Source of the DNA: a bacterium
GTDB lineage: Bacteria > Hinthialibacterota > Hinthialibacteria > Hinthialibacterales > Hinthialibacteraceae
NCBI GenBank assembly: GCA_963662285.2
Contig: CAXXMV010000003.1
Location: 192,001 to 256,000 of the forward strand
Reading direction: 5' to 3'
Length of the DNA: 64,000 bases
In this document: positions 1 to 11,200 of the stretch, piece by piece
Layout: every line of letters starts with the position of its first letter
Position numbering within the stretch: the first letter of the stretch is position 1
Notes under the pieces: model-generated
Told to the model about the DNA's origin: nothing
The model's input: the letters and a program-made list of their open reading frames with translations, nothing else
The model's database searches: none
Position numbers and translations under genes: made by a program

Positions 1-2877
1 CAGATATTCTTCATCCAAAGAGCCATAGTTAACGTCAAAAAGAATGGGAGCATCGGGCGCCGCTGATAGGATTTTCCGCAGTTTGTCTATTTCTTTGAAA
101 TCAGTGAGAGGAGCATTTGCGCTCCAGAGCCGCCCGCTTATATCATAAGCAGGGGCGCCGATCAGCCAGAATCCGATTCGATTCTGTAAGATGTCCGTGA
201 TCTTTTTAATATCGGCGTTCTTAGATAGGAGATTGGCCGTGCTTGGCGCCAGGCGTAAATTTGGCGCATCAACCCGTTTTAAGAAATTTACAGCTTCTTC
301 AAGATTCCAGGGCGGCTTGTTGGGCGACATCCGCAAGTGCACGGTTATCGATTTGTTATCTGCTACTGCGCAAATTTCCTTCAGGGTTTTATCAAAAGAA
401 TTCCAGGTCTGCTCTGTAGTAAAATTGTTTTCCGGAAAGCGATGCAGCGAAAGCATTAGATCGCGTGATTGAAGGATTTCCATTTTGCGTAGGATATCAT
501 CAATTACTTTCATGCTTTTTGCGTATTCATCAGCATCGTTATCGATCAAGCGTAAATCCGGGTATAAATTAATTCCCGATGATATATCCACAACGACGCG
601 CAAGCCTTGCCGGTTGATCCAGCCGGATTCATTGCGCAAGGCGTCTTTTTCCCGCTTTAGAAGATAATTCCAGTCAATCACGACGCCATCGTAATGCTCA
701 AAAAAAGTAGGCCGGGCCAAAACGGCCTCCTTGATAGAATTTATATTATTCAACGTGAGTATCCGGTCAGCCGGGCGGTTCGGGGGATTTTGGTGAGCAA
801 TAACTTTAATATTTTCTTCCTGCACCTTTACTGTGAAAATCCGGATGTCGCCTCCAGCGATTGAGTCATCGCTGCTGACGCCGAGATTTGGATTTATCAC
901 AGTTTCCGGTAGATACCCGATGGCCTGTTTTTCTGATTGATCGAGTTGCAATTCCTTGATTGATGCAATCGAACCGCATTTTGAATTTATCCGCAGAGGT
1001 TTTGCTTCCCAATTGTTATTGTTGATTCCCAACACATATTCGCCCGGATTCTTTCTGCAAGTAATCAGGCTTAGGTTATCTCCCACATCAAACAGTTGTT
1101 GATCGCGGAAGATATCGCCTAACAGGATGCGTACATGATTCAGGAGGGGATATGGTTTTGGTAGAGGTTGATCTTCCTGGCTTATGATCTTTTCCTTCAT
1201 TATCGGCTGATCACAAATTCCAAACGGGCTGGCGAGTACGGTTATGCGACCAGCGCCATGATTGATTTCAATGGCGGCGGGCATATCGCCGCATTGCGCT
1301 AACACGCGTGCGTTGGATGGATAAGTGAGCGGATAAAGAGCAAAAGAATTCTTTTCTACGCAGGTATCATTTTTGATATGAAATTCGCCTGGTTGGAAGA
1401 TTTGCATGGATCCATTAACTTGAATACCTGCGAGTCCATCAGGTAATTTATTAAGGTTGCCAGCTGTTATAACCAGGTGACCGCCGGATTCGATGTAACT
1501 AAGAAGTTTGTCTTGTATTTCCAATCCACCATTTAATTCACCAGCGATGACCAGCGCCGCGTATCGTTTCAACAACCATGCTGGAGCGTCGCTGAGCAGA
1601 CAATCGGCGGAGTCGCCGTATGGCGTGGATGTGATAAAACCTTGCTCGTCATGAAAATATGAGGAATCCTGGTAGCCGGGATATAGCATGTCCAAAACGC
1701 CGTCACCCAGGTAGTCGCCTGGTTCGTAGGGCAGGTTGCCCCAGACCCGGTAAACGTTTCCCGAATATAAGTGACGGGGGAACGACCAACCTGAATAAAA
1801 ATCCATCATCAAGGCGATGGGAGTAAGCATGTCGCCCGGTTGCCCTTGTTCTTGAACCCATTGGCGGGCGGAGGCCTGCATTTGGCCGATGGGTGATAAT
1901 GCGCCTTGGGCGTCGAACCAGCCGTTTTCAAAACCGGCGAATACGCAGTTATAAAGTATATGGCTGTAGATCAAGCGCTTGAACAAACTTAAACTGGTTC
2001 CTTTGGTCGGGCTATGATCATTGCCTTCGCTGCCGTATGTCTTGTATCCCCACCGGTTGTAAATCGAGGCATTGCCAAACCACGGGACGCCATATTGTTT
2101 GCCCGCGCCGCGAATAAATGAGTAGTAAACCTGGCCGTTGGGCAGCCCCTGGGCGGTTTCCGCGCCAATCAGGGCGTAGACTCCTTCCTTCAAGAAATAG
2201 TGGCCGAAATTGAGCGAGACCAAGGTCGACATCTTATTGCCCAGGTCGTCGCACATACGCTGAAAATGGCGCTGGAAATTCAGGTACTGATCAAAGCGGT
2301 CGGATGAATTGTTATTAATTTGCGACGCGTAGCCGCCGATGTATCGCCCGTCCTGCTCCCCGACATCCATACCCAGCCATCGCTCGCCTAATTTTGATTC
2401 CAATAGATCGAAGACTCCTTCTGGTGGTTTGTATTGCTGCCAATAGCCTCCAGGACCGGAGCCGGGAACGTAACCCCAGATGTCAAACAGAAAGAGATTT
2501 CGGCGCTTTATCTCATCGGCTAACTCGCCCAGGTTTTTGGCGAAAAGAATTGAGTATGACGGCCAGATCACATCGCCTAATTGATAGGTATTAGTGTATT
2601 TATCCAATTCCTGAGCATAATCAACAATAAGATCGTCCTTGACGGCGAATCCGCGCAGGCTGGTAAATCGCGTTTGGCCGCCGAAAGTATCCCAATCCGG
2701 CGGTTGTACAGAGCGCCGGGAATAATCGGGGTGTTCTTTAGGTTCCAGGCGATGGGCGTAGATACGGTGTTTAGTGACCGTATCGGCTGCGTGAATCTTA
2801 GCCGTAGGCAAAACAATAAGAATGAAAAATAAGATAACCGGGCATAATTTAATAAATAGAGAAGGGAATAAACGCAT
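1..2877 (-). CDS. Large secreted protein of unknown family, possibly glycoside-hydrolase-like; 3' end lies beyond the window edge
   Basis: Not in the ORF track because no stop is reached. ATG at 2877 with AAGGA upstream. Hand translation gives MRLFPSLFIKLCPVILFFILIVLPTAKIHAADT (signal peptide), then DIWGYVPGSGPGGYW, GMDVGEQDGRYIGGY, PGYQDSSYFHDEQGFITSTP, and APDAPILFDVNYGSLDEEYL at base 1, all in one frame. Lies downstream of the GH106 gene on the same strand. Confidence 0.8.
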   Translation of the reverse strand, partial: MRLFPSLFIKLCPVILFFILIVLPTAKIHAADTVTKHRIYAHRLEPKEHPDYSRRSVQPPDWDTFGGQTRFTSLRGFAVKDDLIVDYAQELDKYTNTYQLGDVIWPSYSILFAKNLGELADEIKRRNLFLFDIWGYVPGSGPGGYWQQYKPPEGVFDLLESKLGERWLGMDVGEQDGRYIGGYASQINNNSSDRFDQYLNFQRHFQRMCDDLGNKMSTLVSLNFGHYFLKEGVYALIGAETAQGLPNGQVYYSFIRGAGKQYGVPWFGNASIYNRWGYKTYGSEGNDHSPTKGTSLSLFKRLIYSHILYNCVFAGFENGWFDAQGALSPIGQMQASARQWVQEQGQPGDMLTPIALMMDFYSGWSFPRHLYSGNVYRVWGNLPYEPGDYLGDGVLDMLYPGYQDSSYFHDEQGFITSTPYGDSADCLLSDAPAWLLKRYAALVIAGELNGGLEIQDKLLSYIESGGHLVITAGNLNKLPDGLAGIQVNGSMQIFQPGEFHIKNDTCVEKNSFALYPLTYPSNARVLAQCGDMPAAIEINHGAGRITVLASPFGICDQPIMKEKIISQEDQPLPKPYPLLNHVRILLGDIFRDQQLFDVGDNLSLITCRKNPGEYVLGINNNNWEAKPLRINSKCGSIASIKELQLDQSEKQAIGYLPETVINPNLGVSSDDSIAGGDIRIFTVKVQEENIKVIAHQNPPNRPADRILTLNNINSIKEAVLARPTFFEHYDGVVIDWNYLLKREKDALRNESGWINRQGLRVVVDISSGINLYPDLRLIDNDADEYAKSMKVIDDILRKMEILQSRDLMLSLHRFPENNFTTEQTWNSFDKTLKEICAVADNKSITVHLRMSPNKPPWNLEEAVNFLKRVDAPNLRLAPSTANLLSKNADIKKITDILQNRIGFWLIGAPAYDISGRLWSANAPLTDFKEIDKLRKILSAAPDAPILFDVNYGSLDEEYL

Positions 2878-2947
2878 AATAAATCCTTATATGAAATTTA
2901 TCATAAATGAATTACATACCATCAGTTCGACATCGTGATTGATTGCA

Positions 2948-5900
2948 TCATGGCAATTTGGGAATAACAATTTTTTTAAGTACATTAATTTCTACCGGCC
3001 CGATCAAACCGGCGTCAATGAGAGGAACGTCTTTCCAGGGTTTGCCCCAGGCTTTGGGGCCTTTGATGATATTTGAATTAGTACGGCGTTCTTCTGGAGG
3101 CAGTTTTCCATCGCCCACCAATCGGTTATTCCAGACATTAGCGATGTCAACAACCAGATAATTTTCACCTGCTTGAATGAATTTAGTGATATCAAGGCAA
3201 AACGGCTCTTTCCAGACTACGCCCAAACTATGACCGTTTAGATAAACACGTGCAATTTCTTTTACTTTGCCTAAATCCAACAAAAATTGATATTCACCGT
3301 TTACCCAATCAGAAGGAATCTCAAATGACTTCCGGTAATTGGCGATACCTGAAAAATACTGGATGGCCTCCAACTCGCTATCGATCCATGAGATTAATTC
3401 AGGGAACTCAACCACGGTAGGTATCCCCCAGCCATGAGGAAAACGAATTTCCCAGGCACCAGATAGCGTAAGTGGAGAAGGGAGGTCTGCTACATTGATC
3501 TCCCTGACGCGCTGCTGATTGTCAGTGAACTTATATCGTCCGGCTAAAGCAACGTTCGTCACCCATTCGGTGTCTTCATTCTCTATCACCGTCAGGTATT
3601 CATTCTGAGCCTGAGCATCAGGATTCGGGTTACGAATAATAGACTCAATGCGTAGGTCCGGGGCTTTATCTTTGAAAACCACAAAGATTGATCCATTAGG
3701 CGGCAACGTAATAGGAACCCAGGTTTGTGCGCCATCTAGACGATAATGATTCTGTTTGTTGATTTCTCCAGTGTCGGGATGCCAGAATTCAGGGATTTTA
3801 CCTTCAACCCGGAACGCGCAATCAATCTTCTTCCATTGAGCGCTTTTGTTGATAACAAAATAGATATCGCTTTCTCCATGCCGCCGATGAATAAAATCTA
3901 TATCATTCTGGTCATCTTCCTGGCGCAGTTGGATATCTGGAGAGATTTGTTTATCATCCAAAATCCGGCGTAATGTTTTTCCCCAAACGATTTTACCTTT
4001 ACCATACTTATTCTCGGTGACGTTTACGCCGTCGCATTCTCCCCAAAGTTTATCGGCTAAAAGTTTTACCTGTGCATCTGTCCGGGTGGCTTGGTTCAAG
4101 CTGTATGCGCGGGATGGTTTTGAACCGACTACAGTAGCTCCATTCAAAACCAGTTGCTCGATTCTTTTTAATACATCCCAATCCATAGCGACTTCATCCG
4201 GCAGCGCCAACAATGCGTAACTCATGCCATCGGGGAGAACAATGCGACCATCTTTAACGCTCATACGTTCCAGGATTACTTCTGAATTGGTTACATCATA
4301 ATCATATCCATAACCCAGAGAGGGATCGATGTGTTTGGGATCAACGAAGTTAGGCGCCTGGTCGCCGTAGTAATAGCATACGTCCGCCACGAAAAGGCCT
4401 TGCTGTAATAGATGCGAGCAACGGGAAAGATAAGCGATAAAATCATCAGCCATAGGCCACCAAATCCGCGTGGTGTTAACATGAGTCCCCGCATGGTACG
4501 CCCATCCGGGAACGCCGGATTCAGGCGGGGTATGGGCGAAAGTATGAAAGACGAAATGATTCAGCCCCTCGCACATGGCCTTGTCAGCTAGTGGTTTTAA
4601 CTCATAAGGTCCCTCTTGCCAGTTCTCAAAACTGGTAAACGACTCTCCCTGCACCAATTTTTTCCCATAAATATGTGAAGCGCATGCGATTTCTTTTATT
4701 AACCAAAGCAGATCGATGCCTTTTTCGTTAAGAACCTGGTGCTTGTTCCAGAATTCGCCGCGTGGAATATCCAAGGCGCCTAGAGCGCGCAGGGCTTCAA
4801 CCGGGCAATTGTGCAGAGGCTGACCAGGGCCGCCTGCTTCTGAAATGAGTTCAAGACCTTGTTCATGAACCATATTACGGGCGTTGATGTAATGGCCTTC
4901 AATAATCAAATCAGACAGGGTTTTTTTATAATCAAAGAGGAATCGTTCCGTTGTCTCTGCATCCTGTATAGTTCTATCAAATAAGGCTGGAAGATAGGGC
5001 GCCATATTGTATCCCCGTCTCTTTAGAAATTCTTCCGCAAAGGCAGGCGTCCAGATTTTCCCCCGTACTTCATAACTGCATAGATATAGATATTGTAATG
5101 CGGATGAAGCAAGGTCGCCTATTTCAGACTGCAAGCGGTCAAGTATATATTCGAAATGTTGAGTAGTCGCCTGGGGATTAAAATGATCAAGAATCAAACC
5201 GTCCGAGTTAGGGCTGGGTAGTTTCAAGGTTTCGCCAGTGTTGGAGCAGACGTAGCGCATGATTTCCCATTCGCCATCCGGCAGCGACGTAGTGAGCAAA
5301 CCCTTGTCATCGAGGTTGCCTGTTAAATTGATGATTTGATTCATATCGATAGCGTCATTTTTATCAACTACGGGTATCGCCAATACTGCTATATCTTTAT
5401 AAAACAAAGGAAGACCATCCTCACCCAGAAGGTTTTTGAATTTCATTCTCTCTTTAGGAATTTTTATTTCAGGAAAAGGCAGGTTTATAGAAAGTTCTTG
5501 TGCGCCGGAAACTTTCACCGAAGATGTGAATATTCCCATCATAGCCATCTCTGGCGTGATCCAACTGCCGCCAGCATCCCAACTGTTGGAAGCGATTAGG
5601 CAGATGCCGAGTCCAAGGCGCCCCGCTTCACGCACCGCGTAACCAATAGCATCCACTGATTCAGGCCCCATAAACGCCGGTCCGGCTGGAACATCGCTTC
5701 CAGTACTATAGGCGCCGATATCGAAGATATTGAAGCCGCCCAGCCCTTTGCGCTTGATCTCTTCCAATTCATAAGTCATTTGCGCGTAGTTAAAGTTGCC
5801 GTTTACCCAGCACCAATAAGCCCAAGGGCGGGCTGACATTGGAGGCGTTCCGAATTCATCTTCCATGACTGCGGCTTCAGAAGCGCATATGTTCATTGGT

Positions 5901-5965
5901 AAAAAATAAGCGGCGACAAATAATCCTGATAAGGCTAAAATCTTTTTGACATTAAATATATTCAT
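2948..5965 (-). CDS. Glycoside hydrolase family 106 (alpha-L-rhamnosidase-like) with C-terminal GH2-type sugar-binding domain, secreted
   Basis: Signal peptide. Motifs ARPWAYWCWVNGN, LILDHFN, DIPRGEFW, GESFTS, GLNHFVFH, LDLGKVKEIARVYLNG, NRLVGD and AGLIGPV are typical of the GH106 architecture. Confidence 0.85.
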   Translation of the reverse strand: MNIFNVKKILALSGLFVAAYFLPMNICASEAAVMEDEFGTPPMSARPWAYWCWVNGNFNYAQMTYELEEIKRKGLGGFNIFDIGAYSTGSDVPAGPAFMGPESVDAIGYAVREAGRLGLGICLIASNSWDAGGSWITPEMAMMGIFTSSVKVSGAQELSINLPFPEIKIPKERMKFKNLLGEDGLPLFYKDIAVLAIPVVDKNDAIDMNQIINLTGNLDDKGLLTTSLPDGEWEIMRYVCSNTGETLKLPSPNSDGLILDHFNPQATTQHFEYILDRLQSEIGDLASSALQYLYLCSYEVRGKIWTPAFAEEFLKRRGYNMAPYLPALFDRTIQDAETTERFLFDYKKTLSDLIIEGHYINARNMVHEQGLELISEAGGPGQPLHNCPVEALRALGALDIPRGEFWNKHQVLNEKGIDLLWLIKEIACASHIYGKKLVQGESFTSFENWQEGPYELKPLADKAMCEGLNHFVFHTFAHTPPESGVPGWAYHAGTHVNTTRIWWPMADDFIAYLSRCSHLLQQGLFVADVCYYYGDQAPNFVDPKHIDPSLGYGYDYDVTNSEVILERMSVKDGRIVLPDGMSYALLALPDEVAMDWDVLKRIEQLVLNGATVVGSKPSRAYSLNQATRTDAQVKLLADKLWGECDGVNVTENKYGKGKIVWGKTLRRILDDKQISPDIQLRQEDDQNDIDFIHRRHGESDIYFVINKSAQWKKIDCAFRVEGKIPEFWHPDTGEINKQNHYRLDGAQTWVPITLPPNGSIFVVFKDKAPDLRIESIIRNPNPDAQAQNEYLTVIENEDTEWVTNVALAGRYKFTDNQQRVREINVADLPSPLTLSGAWEIRFPHGWGIPTVVEFPELISWIDSELEAIQYFSGIANYRKSFEIPSDWVNGEYQFLLDLGKVKEIARVYLNGHSLGVVWKEPFCLDITKFIQAGENYLVVDIANVWNNRLVGDGKLPPEERRTNSNIIKGPKAWGKPWKDVPLIDAGLIGPVEINVLKKIVIPKLP

Positions 5966-6002
5966 TGAATTTTTCCTATTTGGATTTTATTTCTATATTC
6001 TA

Positions 6003-6044
6003 TTTTGTACCTAATTATACAAAACACTTATAGGTGTATATACA
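6003..6044 (-). promoter_or_regulatory. Candidate promoter/operator of the GH106 unit
   Basis: TATAAT on the - strand at 6014-6019 inside the inverted repeat TTTTGTA-N8-TACAAAA (6003-6024). Perfect palindrome TGTATATACA (6035-6044) matches the GT-N-TA-N-AC core of HutC-subfamily GntR operators and covers the expected -35 position. Confidence 0.45.
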
Positions 6045-6082
6045 AATCTTGTGAACATAACGTAATGCTATGAATATGTGAA

Positions 6083-7624
6083 TTAATTATAGTTTTTAAC
6101 TTGCGGCCAAATTTCTTTTAATGTGATTTTCGGCTGACGGCATAGATAAACCGGCAGGTTGCTTTCATAGGGCATCGATAAAGGGTGAACTATCATCGTG
6201 GCTTGTTGAACGTTATCAAATACTTTATCCAAACTGTTCCGTGAAGAACCAACGCTAATGGCGATTTCACCATTCTTATCGCCCGGTCCCCAGAGAAAAT
6301 AACTGTTATGACTGCTTATCGCTTTAGGGAGATCGTATTTCTTCCCGAAATAATCTATGGCCCCGGCTTCACCATAATTTCCGGCGATTATGACGCACTT
6401 GGCTTGATCAACTTGAGGCAATTCCTGATAGACCTTCCCGATAGCGTCTACCATTTCCTCCCAGCCCTGACGGTCGGCGAAACTCTGAGGTAACGCGCCC
6501 TGGTCATGCTTTTCTTCTGCACTTGTCTTGATACCCAACTTATTGGAATATGCAATAAATACTTCTGGAGAAAGGATAGGCAAGGCCAGCGGAGCGATTA
6601 TGATTCCACCAATTATCACTACAATCACAACCGCTGGTTTTAACCAATTCCAGCCAAGGCGCCGTATAGCATTTTCAATACAGACTGCTCCTGCGGCGAA
6701 CAACATGCCGTAAACCGGTGTTAAATAATAGGCTTTACCTTTCATGATGATCATCAAGGGCAGGACGGTCGCATATATCCAGCCTAGCATGCGGAAGCGT
6801 TTTCCCTTGTTAGAAAAGAATAACCAGAACAAACCAGTCAGCCAGATTGGCGTCAGGCTAGGATGGGTCATAATGATTTGATCTTTGATGAACTGAAGCG
6901 GAGAGAGCGCAATGTTCTTGTAAAGCCGAGCATTGTTCATGAACTCCAGCGTAGGCCAATCGTTACTGAATTGCCAAATTATATGAGGTAGAAAGATTCC
7001 GAATGAGATAAGGCCTGTGATCCATAGCCGCTTATTCTTAAACCATTGTCTCTGTGGAGATAGAATCAGTCCGACGAACAATCCAAAGCCGAAGAACAGC
7101 ATGGAGATTTTGTTTATCAGCCCAATGCCCATTATCATTCCCAGAATAATCCATATCCGGGGTTGATCATCATTTTTAATTAGCGCAACCAATAAATAGG
7201 CGCTGAGCAGCCAGAACAGATAATCAAAAATGTTCATTGAGAAGTAGCCTGTAATCGCAAGGCAGATGGGCATAAGCAGCATAGACAACCCGGCCAGTCC
7301 CTGTGCGAATAAACCGCCGCCCAACTCGCGCGCTAACCTTCCCGTTAAATATACAATCAATGCTCCAACCAACACGGCGGGCAATCGCAAAGCAAAGAGA
7401 GAATCTCCCAACAACGCTTGGGTGATGAAGGCGACGACAGCGACAAATGGAGGATGATCCACATACCCGAAATCCAGATGCTGTCCGCATGCCATGTAAT
7501 AGAATTCATCCCGGAAAAAATTGTCGTGAAGATTTACCCAGCAATGGAGCAAAACCTTAAGAAGGACTAAAAAAATTAATAAGAGAGTGGCTTTTTGGTC
7601 AGAAGAATATGATGAATTTGGCAT
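6083..7624 (-). CDS. GT-C fold membrane glycosyltransferase (GT39/PMT_2/ArnT-like)
   Basis: FRDEFYY followed by DFGYVDHPPF in the first loop; about 11 hydrophobic segments; C-terminal periplasmic domain with NYGEAGAID and SHNSYFLWG. Confidence 0.85.
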   Translation of the reverse strand: MPNSSYSSDQKATLLLIFLVLLKVLLHCWVNLHDNFFRDEFYYMACGQHLDFGYVDHPPFVAVVAFITQALLGDSLFALRLPAVLVGALIVYLTGRLARELGGGLFAQGLAGLSMLLMPICLAITGYFSMNIFDYLFWLLSAYLLVALIKNDDQPRIWIILGMIMGIGLINKISMLFFGFGLFVGLILSPQRQWFKNKRLWITGLISFGIFLPHIIWQFSNDWPTLEFMNNARLYKNIALSPLQFIKDQIIMTHPSLTPIWLTGLFWLFFSNKGKRFRMLGWIYATVLPLMIIMKGKAYYLTPVYGMLFAAGAVCIENAIRRLGWNWLKPAVVIVVIIGGIIIAPLALPILSPEVFIAYSNKLGIKTSAEEKHDQGALPQSFADRQGWEEMVDAIGKVYQELPQVDQAKCVIIAGNYGEAGAIDYFGKKYDLPKAISSHNSYFLWGPGDKNGEIAISVGSSRNSLDKVFDNVQQATMIVHPLSMPYESNLPVYLCRQPKITLKEIWPQVKNYN

Positions 7625-8229
7625 TTTTATATTTCTCGCAAATTGAAGTCAAAAGATGTAAATTCTAAATGCAATTCTCTCATAATAGAGAACAGCGCGT
7701 CAAGCATCATTATCATAATATTATATTCTCAGAGTGAAAAGGAATAAAATGCCAAGTACGTCCAAGGAAATATGAGGTATAATTCTGCTCGTTACAGCTA
7801 CCCTAAATGAAGACCGCTTCAGCCTGACTCTCTCTTTCGATGATCTATCTGACGTTGGACAATGGAAATTAGGATTCCTGCCCAATGGCGCAACCTCCAG
7901 TGTTATGGGATTTCTTCAAGTTGTAGAGTAGAGCAATGATATAGCGGTTTGCGTGTAACGTTATGTTCCACGGAATATATTTGACTTTTTTTTAAATATG
8001 ATGTTTTATTTTATCAAAAATGGATTATGCTTTTAAAAGTAAAATTGGATTTTATTTTTTGCTTTTATTATATATTTTATATTTGGGAATAATCAGGTAG
8101 CAATCAACCATGAAATATCCTGCCAGTTGGAGCCTTCCATAATTCTTAACAACTTGTTTATAGAAAGCAAAAACATTTTAGACATTCAACTCTGAATTTC
8201 TACAAAAATCATTAACTGTGAGGGTTATT

Positions 8230-11200
8230 ATGAATCAATTACGTCAGCAATTAAAATTCAATATGCAGTCAGTCTTTGCCTGTTGTTTAGTGTTGTTCGC
8301 ATTTTTGGGTTTTACGCAACAAAGCTACGGGCAACTCAAACCAGATATGGGCGTCGAATTCAGTCAAGTTGACTTTAATTATGAAAAGGCCCCTTGGCTG
8401 AATTCCAGTTGGGGACGTATGAGCATTGATGTAATGATGTTGTATGAGATGACTCAAATCGATCAAGGTTATATTAATGTATTCACCAAATCAGGTTGGC
8501 ATGTGGTCAATCTGCCAATAAGCATAAATGATTTAGAAAAACAGTCCAATATAGTGACCTATCTAAATCTTGGGTTGGGCGACCAGGAAATTATCGCAAA
8601 ACTTGAGGGGGAGGAATTAGAAAACTATTTGTTGGAAGTTTCCACCCAATTAAAAGAATTTGAGGCTTTGGTTACTTATACCAAAGAATCTTTCCAGGAA
8701 ATCCAGCGGGGAGAATATATCCCGTTTCCCTTGAAAGAATCCGTAATCTGGGATGCTCAAGGCGCCAGCGATATTGAACTTTCCACTATCATCTTACCGC
8801 CGCTTATATATCTGGAACTGAAATTTAATCCTGATTTACTGAATACATCGCATAGCCTGGACAGTTCCGCGAATGTGGAAGCGGCCAAGAATCAATGCTT
8901 CCCTATGTCCATCGCTAATAGTCTGCAATATTTGAAAGATAATTTTGACCTGCCGGTTCCTCACGAACATAAGCCGGGCTTGAAAGGCGATAATTCACTA
9001 GTAGGTCAGTTGGATCAGTTTGCGGATCGCACGGCTAGTTCCCGCCGATCAGGTTCAGGAACCTGGTTCACTCCCATGTTGACAGGGAAATTCAATTATC
9101 TGCAAGAGAATGGATTAGCCGACAAGTTGATTCATCGATACCAGGGTCGTGGTTGGGGAACACCGCCCAATCAGGCGCTGCCCGCTGGAGATTTTTCCGC
9201 TGCTGGCAGCACTGCGCTGGATCAAGGCAGTACGGTCACATTTGAATGGATCTGCGAACAGATCCGCCAGGGAGAAGATGTTGAACTGGTTTTCAGTTAC
9301 GATAATTCCAGAGGAGAAGCTACCGGAGGACATGCGGTGCGCGTCTATGAATGCGGCGTGGATGATGGAAGACCTTATATAAGATATCTACATGACCGTA
9401 ATCAAAATAATGATAATGCAGGTTTGGAAACCGTAAAAGTTTTCCTAGAGGATTTAGATAATGATGGCATGTTAAATCTTGGATCAAGAAGCATTGAAAT
9501 CCGTTTTGCTCTTTCTGAGTCTATGAGGGATAAAGATAGTACTCCTACTCCAACCAATACATCTTATATACCCCCAACTCCGGAAAACACGCCGACAATT
9601 GATAAGCCGACTCCTACTAAAACGGCTACGCCGACGCCAAGATTAACTCCTACTCCGACACAAACCAATGGCGATGATCCGCCGGATGCGCCCAAGGATT
9701 GTCCTATCTATTTCTCTATCGAAGAGCCTTATGTTTTACCGAATGGCGCATCTCATGGTGATATCCTTGTGCATAATCCCGGCGGTGAGGCCTATGTACT
9801 GACTGGCGGCGCCAATCAAGACCTTTTGAAGGAATTTATTCCTTTACCATCTGAAGTGCTTCGAATTGACGCCGGGCTGGATGGCTTTGATATTATCCAA
9901 CTTGATCAATCAGTTTCTAGCGATGAACCTTATGCACGCCATAAAATAATCTTCACGGTCGAAAAACCGATTAAAGTAAGCAACCCGAATCATTCCGCCT
10001 ATGGGGTAATTCTAAATGATGGCGATTTGCTACTCAATAATGGAGGAGTAATTCTCGCTCAAGCCCTGTTCGCTCCTCTTCAGTTACTAAATAGAACCGG
10101 GGGAGTCATTGAATATTTGGGTATAGATGCGATTGAATTAGAAGGTTTATTGAATATCTTTGATAAATTGGAAAACCGTGTTATTGGGAACTTGAAAGAA
10201 TTGGTTGAAATCAGCAATGGTGAAGCTATAAACATTTACTTTTCTTTTGAAGAAATTAATGAAGAATACACATCTAGTTCAGGAAGTTTGCTTCCCGAAC
10301 GTACAATAGTAGGCGCAGATGATCTGATAGGGATTCATGTTTCATCCAGTCATATAAGCGCATGGGTTGAACGGTCCGGCGCTGATGGAACTCCAACAAC
10401 CGCCCAAAGTTTATTTGTGGAATTTTCATCTCTTAATAATATGGGTTTGGATGCTGCGGGAACCTGTCTGCCTGAAGATAAAGCCTATTCTCATTTAGAA
10501 ACAGTCTATTTTTCGACGGAATTGAATGATGATATATATCCCATAGAATTCAAAGAAGGCGATTTGTTGGTTGATCGTTCGGAAAAACCATATAACGAAG
10601 TTATTGCCACTAATTTTTATCTGACCGGATTTGACTCAAAGGATTGGGGATTGGATGCTGTTGATCTTCATCCTGAACGGTTTGAGGAAAAACCTCAAGA
10701 TACGCCTACAACGCAACCAAAACCAATGCCCACGCTTACTCCAACTATATCAACCGATCAAAAGAACTGCGTGAAGGCCAGTGATTACTACACCAGCATT
10801 ATCGAAAATCTGGACTCAGTTGAACTTGGTCTAGTAGCAATCAAGTCAGCTATTAGCGCCAGCGGCAGTCCTCTCGGCTTAAGCATTCGTGATTGTTCTG
10901 AAGACGGTTTGATGGACGTTTGGGTGTCATCAAGCGAATTGAGCTACAGCAATCCAGCTGCGATAATCATGTCAGCTTCTATCTGTGCAGGCAACGCGCC
11001 ATCGATGGTTGAGGTCACCCTGCGTCAATACTACCAATGCAAACTGATCGCCTATGATGATAACGGAACTGTAGTTGATTCAGTAGATGCAGCAGTAGGC
11101 AGCGCAGAGCAGACTCTTACCCTGACCAGCGCCACAGGCATTCGCGTAATCGAACTCATCGGCGCCGAAATATGCATAACCAAAATCTGTTGGGAATGCG

